NCBI GenBank assembly: GCA_043810515.1
Contig: JBDRNZ010000027.1
Coordinates: 2,247-66,246 of the forward strand
Length of the DNA: 64,000 nucleotides
Source: Candidatus Peregrinibacteria bacterium
GTDB taxonomy: Bacteria > Patescibacteriota > Gracilibacteria > UBA1369 > LOWO2-01-FULL-3
Reading direction: 5' to 3'
Under the pieces are notes generated by a model. That model saw nothing but the letters and a program-made list of their open reading frames with translations, was not told the origin of the DNA and did not search any database. Both the position numbers and the translations under genes were made by a program. Position 1 is the first letter of the stretch. The number at the start of each line of letters is the position of its first letter. Below are positions 1 to 9,296 of the stretch, in pieces.

Positions 1-62
1 ACCACGGCATCGTACACCCCTTCAGAAGCTATCAGTATGTCTATAAATTCTTTTTCTTTCAT
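1..62 (-). CDS. 5' end of an unidentified CDS running off the left window edge (MKEKEFIDILIASEGVYDAV...)
   Basis: ATG at 62-60 on the minus strand, 12 nt downstream of the stop of the 995-aa gene. The frame stays open to the edge. Too short to assign a product. Confidence 0.3.
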   Translation of the reverse strand, partial: MKEKEFIDILIASEGVYDAV

Positions 63-74
63 GTTTTGTGATTA

Positions 75-3062
75 TTAAGCGGCCGCTTTAGATTCCCCTC
101 CGGCATCGGCACTGCCTTTGGCAATAATTTTATCAAGTTGCGCGATTTCATTTTTGTATTTTGCCAGATCCGGAAAAATCGCGCCTTCAAATTCGACAGG
201 CTGCTTGGACTCGGCCTTTTCTTTTAATTCCTTCTCTTCCGCCTCCATTTTGCCCATATCTTTTTTGGTTCTTTCGGAATATTTCTTGGTTTGAAGTCCT
301 CCCGCCTTCGCCCATTCTTCTTTTGGAACGGTTGTCAGCGTTGTTTTGGCACCCTGAAATGCTTCGGTTGGTTTTGCCTTCAGATAGCCAAGAACTCTGT
401 CTTTGTCTTTTTTTGCGGACTCGCGAATGCTGAAAGGTGTCCATTTATTTTTTTTGAAAAGATTCACCGCCCAGACAAAAGGCTTTGTCGCGACCATAAG
501 AGGATATTTTGCGAGGCGTATCGGTGCAAGAGCGCCTTGAATAGCAACACTTCCGGCAAGTTTTGTGCCGCCCCACGCACCTTTTAAGGCAACCTTCGCG
601 ACTCCTTTTCCGACACCTTTGGCTTTTTCCTTGGCATATCGGCCGACATCATGAAATCTGTCTTTTATCCATTGGGCGTGTTTGTCGTTCCAGAAACTTT
701 CCAATATTTCCTTTTCTCCAAACCCAATTTGATTTTCAACTTCAGATTCACGCGCCTCAGTAACAAGTTCAGCATTTCTTTTTTTATAAACTTCATGGCT
801 TATTTGCCCAAGCCTTAGCTGTTCTAGAAGTTTTTCAAATTTGAGATTCAATTCTTTAACCTTAAAATAATCCCACTCGGTTCTGTTTTTATCGTAATTA
901 TCAAAGAAAGTTTTTACTACCGGGCTTATGGCCTCCAGACGTTCATTAAAGGCTTTATTTACAATTTTATTGATACCAGCCTCATCCATTCTTTCCTTAA
1001 CTCCAAGCTGCTCAGCCAGAAGCGCTTTTAATTTTTTCTCAAGTTTTATTGACTGAATGGACCTGGCACCGCCGTCAAAAATTTCAAACGCGGCCAGAAC
1101 AAAAAATCCATTATCATGATTTAGTTTTTTGATCTTAAAAAGATTTTCTATTTTTTCCCAATCCGCAAAATCTTCAGGCTTCAAGCCCTTAAACGGCTGT
1201 TCTACCTTTTCGCCGGATTTATACTTAAACCCGACAAGTTTCGCCTGAAATCCCGCCTGTTTTGCCGTCTCCAGCATCTTCGCGCTTCCTCTCTGCGCCA
1301 GCTCTTTATAATCTTCGTCAGTTTGAATCGTCTCAACATCCTCCGCCAAAATCAAAGCGGCAAGCTTCTGCCTCTGTTCGAGAGGCATGTCTTTAAATTG
1401 ATCAGATTCTGCTACAAGCGCGCCTATAACATTTTTAGCGGCTTTTGTATCCGTGAGATCGGAACTGCTTGCAATATCATTTTTCGTTGCATCCAGAGAA
1501 TCCAATAAATTTCCAATATTCGAATCTCTGTCAAAAAATCCCTGAAGATCTCCATACAACTTAACCAGTTGTTCAGGCTTAAAGTCGCGGCTGCGTATGT
1601 CAATTTTTTTAAATTCCGCCAAAACAGCTTTAACCTCAACTTTTTTACCTTCGTTATCAAGAGGAATCCCTGCCCTATCTGCAATTTCCAGGTACTGCAT
1701 CAGTTTTTTCATTTCTGCATGTAAAGTTTCAGCCTGCTTTAAAATATTATTTAGATCCCGTTCCAATTCTTCCAGTTGAGCTATTTTTTTTGTTTCTTCT
1801 TTACGGTCATCTTTGTAAGGTTTCAATACCTGATTACGTATAGTTTTTTCGTCAAGTTTAGAATTTTTGTCTCGTTTTTCCTTTATAAGTTTAGCTAAGA
1901 CGGTTCCTGTGGGATCTCGCGTTAGATTGTTCCGCATCGAAGCAATAGACTGTTTAAGCGTATTGAGTTGAGAATGAATTCCTTCAGTATAATTAAACTC
2001 AATTTCCTCCAGCGATTGTTTTAAGGAGCTCGATTTAGGAAGTGGTTCAGGAGCAGGCCCAGCAACTGGTTCAGCAGCAGGTTCAGAAACTGGTTCAGAA
2101 ACTGGTTCAGAAACAGACTCAGCAACTGGCTTAGCAGCAGCTCCAGCGACTGATTCAGTGGCAGGTTGAGATAGCGGGCTAGCCATTGATTCAGAAACAG
2201 TCTCAGACTCAGTAACTGGTTTAGCAGCAGCTCCAGCGACTGATTCAGTGGCAGGTTTAGATAGCGGGCTAGCCATTGATTCAGAAGCAGTCTCAGGCTT
2301 AGCAACCGGTTTAGCAGCAGCCCCAGCGACTGATTCAGTGGCAGGTTTAGCGATTGGTTTAGCAGGAGCTAATTCGTCATCTAGTTTTCTTTGTAAATTT
2401 GACAAATCATTATATCCGTCACGAAGAGCAGAAACATTTGCTGGAGAATCAAAATACTTGTAAGCCGCATCGAGCTGTTTTGCAACATGTGCAAAATTCG
2501 CCTCAAAACCTCTGATTTTTACAGCATCACCTTTAAACTTAACTCCAGGAAAAGCTTTTTCCAGAAGTTTTTTAACAGCATTAGTATCCGTTTTTTTTGA
2601 TTGCATCAATATGTGCAGCCTTCTTAAAATTGCCTTTAATTCCGAGCGTCCCTCAAGTCCGGTACTTGTTATACGGAATCTCAATACTTTGTTAAGAATT
2701 CTCATCAAAGAACTGTCGGATTTTTCTAGTTCCTTTTTAGCCTCTGCCGGTAGAACTTTTCCATAAACAGCCTCAAAAGCTCTCGCCAAAGCAAGCTGTC
2801 TGGCTTCTTCGGGAGTTTTCTCTTTCTCTTTTTCTCCAATTTCTTTCAGTTGTTTTTCGTAGGCGCCTTTCAATAAACCTTTATGCTCCTCTTTAAGAAG
2901 GACTTTTTCAACATCGGTCTTTGTCAGCAATTGGCTTTTTTCAATAGTTTCCCATAACTTCTCTTCGTCAGTGCCTTCGGGAACAGCGCCAATTGCTTCT
3001 TTCAATTGTTGATCTCTAAATTCTTGCTGGGCTTCGTCTAATTTTTTTGCGGGGTCTGCCAT
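75..3062 (-). CDS. Large hypothetical protein (995 aa). It is charged and coiled-coil-like, with internal Pro/Ala/Glu/Ser-rich tandem repeats and hydrophobic segments near the C-terminus.
   Basis: Long uninterrupted ORF starting at ATG 3062. Heptad-like K/E-rich sequence, PATESVAGAAAKPV repeats, and the hydrophobic stretch VALKGAWGGTKLAGSVAIQGALAPIRLAKYPLMVATKPFVWAVNLF. I recognise no catalytic motif. Confidence 0.8.
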   Translation of the reverse strand: MADPAKKLDEAQQEFRDQQLKEAIGAVPEGTDEEKLWETIEKSQLLTKTDVEKVLLKEEHKGLLKGAYEKQLKEIGEKEKEKTPEEARQLALARAFEAVYGKVLPAEAKKELEKSDSSLMRILNKVLRFRITSTGLEGRSELKAILRRLHILMQSKKTDTNAVKKLLEKAFPGVKFKGDAVKIRGFEANFAHVAKQLDAAYKYFDSPANVSALRDGYNDLSNLQRKLDDELAPAKPIAKPATESVAGAAAKPVAKPETASESMASPLSKPATESVAGAAAKPVTESETVSESMASPLSQPATESVAGAAAKPVAESVSEPVSEPVSEPAAEPVAGPAPEPLPKSSSLKQSLEEIEFNYTEGIHSQLNTLKQSIASMRNNLTRDPTGTVLAKLIKEKRDKNSKLDEKTIRNQVLKPYKDDRKEETKKIAQLEELERDLNNILKQAETLHAEMKKLMQYLEIADRAGIPLDNEGKKVEVKAVLAEFKKIDIRSRDFKPEQLVKLYGDLQGFFDRDSNIGNLLDSLDATKNDIASSSDLTDTKAAKNVIGALVAESDQFKDMPLEQRQKLAALILAEDVETIQTDEDYKELAQRGSAKMLETAKQAGFQAKLVGFKYKSGEKVEQPFKGLKPEDFADWEKIENLFKIKKLNHDNGFFVLAAFEIFDGGARSIQSIKLEKKLKALLAEQLGVKERMDEAGINKIVNKAFNERLEAISPVVKTFFDNYDKNRTEWDYFKVKELNLKFEKLLEQLRLGQISHEVYKKRNAELVTEARESEVENQIGFGEKEILESFWNDKHAQWIKDRFHDVGRYAKEKAKGVGKGVAKVALKGAWGGTKLAGSVAIQGALAPIRLAKYPLMVATKPFVWAVNLFKKNKWTPFSIRESAKKDKDRVLGYLKAKPTEAFQGAKTTLTTVPKEEWAKAGGLQTKKYSERTKKDMGKMEAEEKELKEKAESKQPVEFEGAIFPDLAKYKNEIAQLDKIIAKGSADAGGESKAAA
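2040..2350. repeat. In-frame coding tandem repeats inside the 995-aa gene: 90-nt unit x ~2.4 (2131-2350) preceded by 12-nt actggttcagaa-type repeats
   Basis: ttagcagcagc[tc]ccagcgactgattcagtggcaggtt recurs at 2131, 2221 and 2311 (period 90). aactggttcaga(a/c) is repeated at 2060-2125. Confidence 0.9.
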
Positions 3063-3113
3063 AGATATTCAAAATTATCTAAATATTTTACCAGATTTTC
3101 GCCCGAAAAACAA

Positions 3114-3142
3114 TTGTCAAAACCATTTTGCGTCGGTAGGAT
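3114..3142 (+). promoter_or_regulatory. Candidate sigma70-type promoter for tig
   Basis: TTGTCA (3114-3119), 17-nt spacer, TAGGAT (3137-3142), about 40 nt upstream of the tig ATG. Confidence 0.3.
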
Positions 3143-3183
3143 AGTTAAGATTTTTCAAAAATTGCCGATTAACCCCAAAATAA

Positions 3184-4455
3184 ATGGAGTATAAAATAAA
3201 AAATCTTCCGAAGTCGGAAGTCGAGATAAGCATCACTGTTCCGCAGGAGCGCATGGGCGAGTTTGAAAAGAAAGCTGCGGATGATATTTCGAAAGACATT
3301 AAAATCAAAGGATTCAGGCCGGGACACGTTCCGCCGCATATTCTTGAGCAATATATTGATAAAAAATATCTGAAGGCCCATACGCAGGAAATCGCGATCC
3401 AGAAGGCATATGCCGAAGTTGCGATAAAAGAAAAACTCCAGGTTGTTTCCAGACCGAAAGTGAAAATCGACAGTGACGAGCCGCTTACTTTTACGGCTAC
3501 GGTTGCGGTAATGCCGGAAGTTACGGTGAAAGATTATTCGTCCATAAAAGTTCCAAAAGAAGAGGCAAAAGTTACGGAAAAAGATATCGAGGCTGTGTTT
3601 GAGGATCTTAAAAAATATGCACGGACCTACAAAGATGCTGATCGCCCCGCCAAGAAAGGGGATAGGGTCGAGGTGGATTTTGAGGGATTTGATGACAAAG
3701 ACGCTCCGATTCCGAATACGAAAAGCAAAAATCATCCTGTGATTATCGGCGAAGGATCGCTGATTCCGGGTTTTGAGGACGAACTCGTAGGGCTGAAGAA
3801 AGACGAGAAAAAAGAATTCAACCTGACTTTCCCGAAGGACTATGGCAAAAAAGATTTTCAGAACAAGAAAGTGAAATTTAAAGTTGAAGTAAAAAGAATC
3901 GAAGAGCCGCAGGAAACGGAGATGAACGAGGAATTTGTTGAGAAAATCACTGGCAAGAAACAGTCTTTGGAAGAATTAAAAAAAGATATTGAAAAAAATA
4001 TTTTATCCCGAAAAGAGCGTGAAGCTCGTCAAAAACGCGAAAACAAATACCTCGAGGAATTGCTCAAAAAAACAAAAGTCGAAATTCCCGACGCGATGAT
4101 TGACGAGGAGGCCGAATATATAATTCAGGATATGAAAGACGACATTTCCTCAAAGGGCATGGAATTTGAAAAATACCTCGAGCACGCCAAAACCAACGAG
4201 GACGAGCTAAGAAAAAAATACCGTCCCGAAGCCGAAAAACGCATCAAAGTCCGTCTAGCGCTGCGCCACGTCATTACTCAGGGTAAATTTTTCCCGACAG
4301 AGGCAGAAATCCGCGCGGAGTTTGACAAAATGAAGACCTCTTATCCGCCGGAAGAAGACAAAAAGCTCGACAAGGAATTTGAGGCCGGCGGCCTAAAAGC
4401 CCAGCTCGCAAACAAACTCGCGCTCGAAAAGTTATTTGAGAAGGTGTTGGGGTAG
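3184..4455 (+). CDS. tig: Trigger factor
   Basis: 423 aa. N-terminal ribosome-binding region with KGFRPGHVP. FKBP-like middle domain (GDRVEVDFEGF...GEGSLIPGFEDELVGLKKDE). Typical length and layout. Confidence 0.93.
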   Translation: MEYKIKNLPKSEVEISITVPQERMGEFEKKAADDISKDIKIKGFRPGHVPPHILEQYIDKKYLKAHTQEIAIQKAYAEVAIKEKLQVVSRPKVKIDSDEPLTFTATVAVMPEVTVKDYSSIKVPKEEAKVTEKDIEAVFEDLKKYARTYKDADRPAKKGDRVEVDFEGFDDKDAPIPNTKSKNHPVIIGEGSLIPGFEDELVGLKKDEKKEFNLTFPKDYGKKDFQNKKVKFKVEVKRIEEPQETEMNEEFVEKITGKKQSLEELKKDIEKNILSRKEREARQKRENKYLEELLKKTKVEIPDAMIDEEAEYIIQDMKDDISSKGMEFEKYLEHAKTNEDELRKKYRPEAEKRIKVRLALRHVITQGKFFPTEAEIRAEFDKMKTSYPPEEDKKLDKEFEAGGLKAQLANKLALEKLFEKVLG

Positions 4456-4489
4456 TGATACAATCGGAACATAAACTAATTTAAATCCT

Positions 4490-4729
4490 ATGAAAGCCTT
4501 TTACTTAACCGGTTCGATCATTTTCACCGCTCTGATACTTGTACTTGCGTTCGAAAATATCGGCGCGTCATGCAGTGGAATGAACTTTTTCTTTTACACA
4601 ATCGACCAAAATCCTACGATTGTAATACTCGGAATAGCCGTCATCGGCATTATAACCGGCTCTCTATACCACGCTTTTATGGCAAAGGTTTTGGCGGGAC
4701 CGACCGAGGATGAAGAGGACGAATTTTAG
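4490..4729 (+). CDS. Small membrane protein, LapA/DUF1049-like
   Basis: 79 aa with two predicted TM helices (SIIFTALILVLAF and IVILGIAVIGIITGSLY) and an acidic tail. Confidence 0.6.
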   Translation: MKAFYLTGSIIFTALILVLAFENIGASCSGMNFFFYTIDQNPTIVILGIAVIGIITGSLYHAFMAKVLAGPTEDEEDEF

Positions 4730-4793
4730 AAATCTTCACGGCTGAATAAAAAAATGTTGCAATCCGCCTAAAAAAAATGTACGTTTCCGACGT

Positions 4794-4817
4794 AATGTAT
4801 ACATTTTGTATACATTC
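4794..4817. promoter_or_regulatory. Tandem palindromic boxes, a candidate operator of the downstream HTH regulator
   Basis: TGTATACATT at 4796-4805 and again at 4807-4816. Each contains the palindrome TGTATACA. They lie 24-45 nt upstream of the ATG at 4840. Confidence 0.4.
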
Positions 4818-4839
4818 GTGGGCACAAACAATTTAAGTT

Positions 4840-5406
4840 ATGTTAAAAAGGCTTTTTACGTCAAACACGCGTATTAAGCTTCTCACGGTATTTCTGATGA
4901 ATTCTGGAGAGGAATATTTCATCAGGGAACTTACAAGGAAGCTTAATGAACAGATAAATTCGGTGCGCCGGGAACTGGATAATTTGAAGCATCTTGGCTT
5001 TTTGAAGGCGAAAACCAGAAATCGCAAGAAATACTATTACATAAACAAAAATTTCATACTTCTTGATGAACTCAAAGGCATAGTGATAAAAGCACTTTCC
5101 TCCAACCGGACAATAACGCACGATATAGAAAAAATGGGGACCGTAAAGATGCTCGCGCTTTCCGGACAGTTTATAAATAAGGAAACAAATACGGTTGATA
5201 TGCTTATAGTGGGAACTATCGACAAGGACAGATTTTCGAAATATCTTAGCAATGATCTGAGAACGCCGAGACCGGTGAAATTCACAATAATGGGAGAGGA
5301 TGACTACAAATACAGGCTGAACTGCAAGGATAAATTTATCATGGAAATAATTTTAGATCCGGAAAATCAGATTCCAATAAACAAAATCTCCAATAAATCG
5401 ACTTGA
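4840..5406 (+). CDS. Winged-helix (ArsR-like) transcriptional regulator with an uncharacterised C-terminal domain
   Basis: N-terminal RIKLLTVFLMNSGEEYFIRELTRKLNEQINSVRRELDNLKHLGFL resembles ArsR/SmtB-type wHTH domains. Confidence 0.65.
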   Translation: MLKRLFTSNTRIKLLTVFLMNSGEEYFIRELTRKLNEQINSVRRELDNLKHLGFLKAKTRNRKKYYYINKNFILLDELKGIVIKALSSNRTITHDIEKMGTVKMLALSGQFINKETNTVDMLIVGTIDKDRFSKYLSNDLRTPRPVKFTIMGEDDYKYRLNCKDKFIMEIILDPENQIPINKISNKST

Positions 5407-5457
5407 TTTGAAGGAGAACCTTCTATATATTTCCAAAGCATATTTACCATATTTACG

Positions 5458-5943
5458 ATGAATTTTTTGATAGACATGCAAAAAATAGCAATGAAACACC
5501 GAAGACCGGACATATCGACCGGGAATACCGTGCGTGTTCACCAGAAGATTAAAGAGGGAGATAAGGAAAGAATTCAGATTTTTGAAGGTCTTGTGATCAA
5601 GATAAACAGCGGACATGGGGCCGATAAAACTTTTACGGTAAGAAAAGTTGTAGAAGGAATCGGAGTTGAAAAGATATTTCCGCTTTATTCAACAAATATC
5701 GAAAAAATTGAAGTTAAAAAGAAAGCCGCGGTCAGACGCGCAAAACTTTATTATATGAGAGAAAGGTCCGGCAAATCCGCAAGATTAAAAGAAACTTTTG
5801 TAAGCAGTGAGGATATTGAGGAACCGGAATTGGAGCCGAAACCGGAACAAGAAACGGCGCCAGCCTCCGAGCCTGAAAAAGCGCCCGAAGCTGAGCCGGA
5901 AAAAGCACCCGAAGCTGAGCCAGAAAAAGCGCCCGAAGCCTAA
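5458..5943 (+). CDS. rplS: 50S ribosomal protein L19 with a C-terminal PEKAPEAE repeat extension
   Basis: [34 protein letters not shown]...[12 protein letters not shown]...RRAKLYYMR matches L19. About 45 extra acidic/proline residues follow at the C-terminus. Confidence 0.92.
   Translation: MNFLIDMQKIAMKHRRPDISTGNTVRVHQKIKEGDKERIQIFEGLVIKINSGHGADKTFTVRKVVEGIGVEKIFPLYSTNIEKIEVKKKAAVRRAKLYYMRERSGKSARLKETFVSSEDIEEPELEPKPEQETAPASEPEKAPEAEPEKAPEAEPEKAPEA
5869..5940 (+). repeat. Three tandem 24-nt coding repeats (EPEKAPEA x3) at the end of rplS
   Basis: gagcc[tga]gaaaaagc[ga]cccgaagc[tc] at 5869, 5893 and 5917. The units differ only at synonymous positions. Confidence 0.95.
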
Positions 5944-5956
5944 AAATTTTTTCATC

Positions 5957-6538
5957 ATGTCCTCATTCCTGAAATTGATTGCGGGAATTGACGAAGCAGG
6001 AAGAGGCCCGCTCGCCGGTCCGGTAGTTTCAGCTGCGGTAATTTTGCGTCCAAACGCCAGAATCCCCGGCCTGAAAGACAGTAAACTATTAAGCGCCCGC
6101 ATGCGCGAGAAACTTTTCGAATTGATTATAAAAAATTCCGTGGATTATGCTATTACAATAGTTTCGCACAAACTTATCGATGAAATAAACATTTCCAATG
6201 CGACAAGATTTGCAAATTATCTTTGCCTGCATTACATGAAAACCGTTCCGGACATAGCTTTAGTGGACGGCATAGATAAGCAGTTTTTCGAAATTCCATA
6301 CGAAAACATAATAAAAGGCGACCAAAAGGTCAGGGTCATCTCAGCGGCTTCTGTTCTCGCAAAAGTCACGCGCGATCGGATAATGAGGTATTATTCGAAA
6401 GAATTCCGGGGTTACGGTTTTGAATATCACGTTGGCTACGGAACAAGAAAGCATATCTCAAATATAAAAAAGTACGGTCTTTGCGAAATTCACAGAAAAA
6501 GCTACAATATCAGGCCATGTGTATTTGAAAAAATATGA
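5957..6538 (+). CDS. rnhB: Ribonuclease HII
   Basis: GIDEAGRGPLAGPVV motif right after the ATG at 5957. The longer ORF from 5807 only adds an Arg/Lys-rich frame-shadow of the rplS repeats. Confidence 0.9.
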   Translation: MSSFLKLIAGIDEAGRGPLAGPVVSAAVILRPNARIPGLKDSKLLSARMREKLFELIIKNSVDYAITIVSHKLIDEINISNATRFANYLCLHYMKTVPDIALVDGIDKQFFEIPYENIIKGDQKVRVISAASVLAKVTRDRIMRYYSKEFRGYGFEYHVGYGTRKHISNIKKYGLCEIHRKSYNIRPCVFEKI

Positions 6539-7650
6539 AAATAGTAATTGCAGGAAATTACGGAGCTGGAAACCTTGGCGACGAGATGATTCTCGAAGGA
6601 ATTCTCGCGACTTTGAAAGCAATTGAACCGCATGCGCAAATAACTGTTTTAAGCGGAAATCCGGTTGAAACAGCGAAAAAATACAATGTGGATTCGGTTC
6701 CAAAATTTTCCGCGGGAATAAGAAGTCTGATAAAAGCGATATTTTCACGACCAGGCACGGGAAATGCAGTCAAAGATTGTGATTACTTCATACTTGGAGG
6801 AGGCGGACTTTTTGGAAATCTGACTTTTTCGGCGAATATAATTTGGGGAGTGCAGGCGGCAATGGCTTATTATTACAAAAAACCGGTTTTGATGTGGGGC
6901 CAGAGTATAGGGGAACTGAAAGGTCGTTTGCAAAAATGGCTTGTAAGACGCCTTTTTAAAAGGGCTTATTTTATATCCGTGCGGGATGAGAATTCGAAAG
7001 AAACGCTCAAACGTCTCGGTCTACGCAAACAGATTTTTGTAATTTCAGATATGGCTTTTGCGATTGAAAATTCCGGCGGCAAAATAAACAGGAAAAACAC
7101 AATGATCGTAAGCCTGAGGCAGATGCCCAACCTTGATGAGAAATTTATTCCGGCGGTTTCGGTTTTTTTGAACTGGCTTATTGAAAATCAAAAATGGGAA
7201 GTGGAATTTGCGGCTTTTCAGGAAGGAAAAGAGGGTGACGATAGTTTACACGAAAAAATCATAAACAATCTGAAAAACAGATCCGGCATACGAATTCTGG
7301 ATAAAAAGGACATTCCGGATGCTTTTCTTAAATCTAAAATGGTGTTGGGAATGCGTCTTCATTCGCTTATCACGGCCATAAAAACGTCCACACCCTTTAT
7401 AGCGGTAAGTTACGCGCCGAAAGTTGAAAATGTCCTTAAATACGCAAAATTTGATGATTTTGTGATAAAAACAGAGGAAGTGACGGCCGAAAAGCTCAAA
7501 TCGCTTTTCAGCCAAATACTGGGAAGTAGCGAAAAGATCATAAAAGAGCTTGAGCAGTATACCCAAAAAACATTTGAACAACACAAAAGAACAAGAGACC
7601 TCACTATCCGTAAAATTCTTTCAACCGTCCGCGAAAATCGTCGTAAGTAA
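6535..7650 (+). CDS. Polysaccharide pyruvyl transferase (CsaB-like)
   Basis: N-terminal MKIVIAGNYGAGNLGDEMILEGIL and overall ~370 aa are typical of the PS_pyruv_trans/CsaB family. ATGA overlap with rnhB. Confidence 0.7.
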   Translation: MKIVIAGNYGAGNLGDEMILEGILATLKAIEPHAQITVLSGNPVETAKKYNVDSVPKFSAGIRSLIKAIFSRPGTGNAVKDCDYFILGGGGLFGNLTFSANIIWGVQAAMAYYYKKPVLMWGQSIGELKGRLQKWLVRRLFKRAYFISVRDENSKETLKRLGLRKQIFVISDMAFAIENSGGKINRKNTMIVSLRQMPNLDEKFIPAVSVFLNWLIENQKWEVEFAAFQEGKEGDDSLHEKIINNLKNRSGIRILDKKDIPDAFLKSKMVLGMRLHSLITAIKTSTPFIAVSYAPKVENVLKYAKFDDFVIKTEEVTAEKLKSLFSQILGSSEKIIKELEQYTQKTFEQHKRTRDLTIRKILSTVRENRRK

Positions 7651-8539
7651 ATCGATGCTCCTGCGTTCCCATATTGTTCACAACGAAAGAAGCGGCGGTA
7701 TTTGCCATCTGACAGCATTTTTCCATAACTTCACCGTTTACGAATCCATGAATAAAACCGGCCCTGAAAGCGTCCCCGCATCCGGTCACGTCCACGATCT
7801 TAAGTCCCGGCACGGCTGGCACGATTTTTCTCGTGTTCCCCTGATAAATCTGGCATCCCCCCTCTCCCAGCGTTTTTATCAAAAAACCGGCTCGCTCGGC
7901 AATCTGCTCAATTGTCATATCAAGTTTTTCTTCAAGCATCTTTGCTTCGTACGTATTGGTAATAAGCCCCAGACAGCATTTTATCATCATGCTTAGATAA
8001 TCTTTTGACAGAGCGGTTATAGCCTGTCCCGGATCAAAGACATAAGGAAATTCTTTTTCAATGCATATCTGCGTAAGACTGGTCATTCTATCTGGAATAT
8101 CGGGCGCGATTATCGCCAGCTGCACCGTTTTTAGATCAAAACTGTCAAGAGTCCTGCAAAGCTCTAGATTTGCCGCCGCGCCCGGTGAAAAAATCGATAT
8201 CTGATTCTGGTTTTTGTCGTTAAGAATATAAGCCGAAGAAGTGGGTTTTTCCGGATCAATGGCAATGTATTTTGTTGAAATATCATTCTTTTTAAGCCAT
8301 TTTTTATATTTATCGAAATCATTGCCGGCCGCCCCGAAAATAAGAGGTTTTTCGCCCAGCATTTTTAAGGTATAAGCAATATTTGGCGCACATCCGCCAA
8401 AATATGTATCAACCGACTCGGTCTTGAATGAAACGCTCAAATGACGCAGATTTTCCGGAATCAAAACATTATCGAATTCTCCATCAAAAAACATGATGTT
8501 ATCGTACGCTATTGATCCGGCCACAATAATATTTTTCAT
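7604..8539 (-). CDS. PfkB-family carbohydrate/nucleoside kinase
   Basis: C-terminal PfkB signature DVTGCGDAFRAGF and N-terminal GSIAYD. Start chosen at ATG 8539 (MKNIIVAG), which gives an ATGA overlap with the upstream gene. Confidence 0.85.
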   Translation of the reverse strand: MKNIIVAGSIAYDNIMFFDGEFDNVLIPENLRHLSVSFKTESVDTYFGGCAPNIAYTLKMLGEKPLIFGAAGNDFDKYKKWLKKNDISTKYIAIDPEKPTSSAYILNDKNQNQISIFSPGAAANLELCRTLDSFDLKTVQLAIIAPDIPDRMTSLTQICIEKEFPYVFDPGQAITALSKDYLSMMIKCCLGLITNTYEAKMLEEKLDMTIEQIAERAGFLIKTLGEGGCQIYQGNTRKIVPAVPGLKIVDVTGCGDAFRAGFIHGFVNGEVMEKCCQMANTAASFVVNNMGTQEHRFTYDDFRGRLKEFYG

Positions 8540-9264
8540 AAAGACATAAAATGACTGGTTTTTACCATCTCGGCGGCCTCCATCAGGCTGTCGAAAGATT
8601 CGCCGCAATCACCCCAGAAGCCTTTCAAAATATCATATTTAAGATTGCCGGCTTTTAGATAATAATTATTGACATCCGTTATCTCCAATTCGTTTCTGGA
8701 AGAAGGCTTAAGCTCTCTTATAATATCGAAAACCCGGGAGTCATACATATAGCACCCTACAACGGCAAGATCGGATGGAGGGGACTGCGGTTTTTCCACA
8801 ATAGACAAAATCTCACCGTCCTTAACTTCGGCAACACCGTACGACTGTGGATTTTTCACGGATTTAAGGAAGATCCTCGCGCCGTTTTCCTGCGCCTCAA
8901 AACTTTTTACGGCTCCTGAAATATCATCCCCAATAATATTATCACCCAGAATTACGGTTATTTTTTCACCTGCGGCAAAAGTTTCCGCAAGCCCGAGAGC
9001 CTGAGCTATTCCACCGGCCTCTTCCTGAACTTCATAAGAAATTTTCATCCCGAATCCAGCTCCCGAGCCTAAAAGCTCAAGAAAATCACCCGCATGCCCT
9101 TTTCCGGACACAATTAAAACGGTGGTTATGCCTGACTGCTTGAGCGAAAGCAGAGGATAATAAATCATCGGTTTGTTGTAAACCGGCAAAAGATGCTTGT
9201 TTGTGACTTTTGTTAGCGGATGAAGCCTGCTTCCCGTTCCACCCGCCAGAATAATACCTTTCAT
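8536..9264 (-). CDS. rfbA: Sugar-1-phosphate nucleotidyltransferase (short glucose-1-phosphate thymidylyltransferase-like)
   Basis: MKGIILAGGTGSRLHPLTKVTNKHLLPV (GGxGxRLxPLT signature), 242 aa. Confidence 0.8.
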   Translation of the reverse strand: MKGIILAGGTGSRLHPLTKVTNKHLLPVYNKPMIYYPLLSLKQSGITTVLIVSGKGHAGDFLELLGSGAGFGMKISYEVQEEAGGIAQALGLAETFAAGEKITVILGDNIIGDDISGAVKSFEAQENGARIFLKSVKNPQSYGVAEVKDGEILSIVEKPQSPPSDLAVVGCYMYDSRVFDIIRELKPSSRNELEITDVNNYYLKAGNLKYDILKGFWGDCGESFDSLMEAAEMVKTSHFMSL

Positions 9265-9296
9265 ATGTTATATTAAACGGTAAATCCGCCTCAATA

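Noticed and set aside
2040-2350. Tandem repeats (here and at 5869-5940) considered as possible CRISPR arrays
   Set aside because: The units are contiguous without spacers, in-frame within long ORFs, and encode peptide repeats. No cas genes are present, and no CRISPR array was seen anywhere in the window.
5807-5956. N-terminal 50-aa extension of the RNase HII ORF ([19 protein letters not shown]...)
   Set aside because: It is an out-of-frame read of the rplS repeat tail. The RNase HII homology begins right after ATG 5957.
8540-8608. Extension of the PfkB kinase ORF into the upstream nucleotidyltransferase gene
   Set aside because: ATG 8539 gives the typical MKNIIVAGS N-terminus and an ATGA stop-start overlap, so the extension is an out-of-frame overlap.
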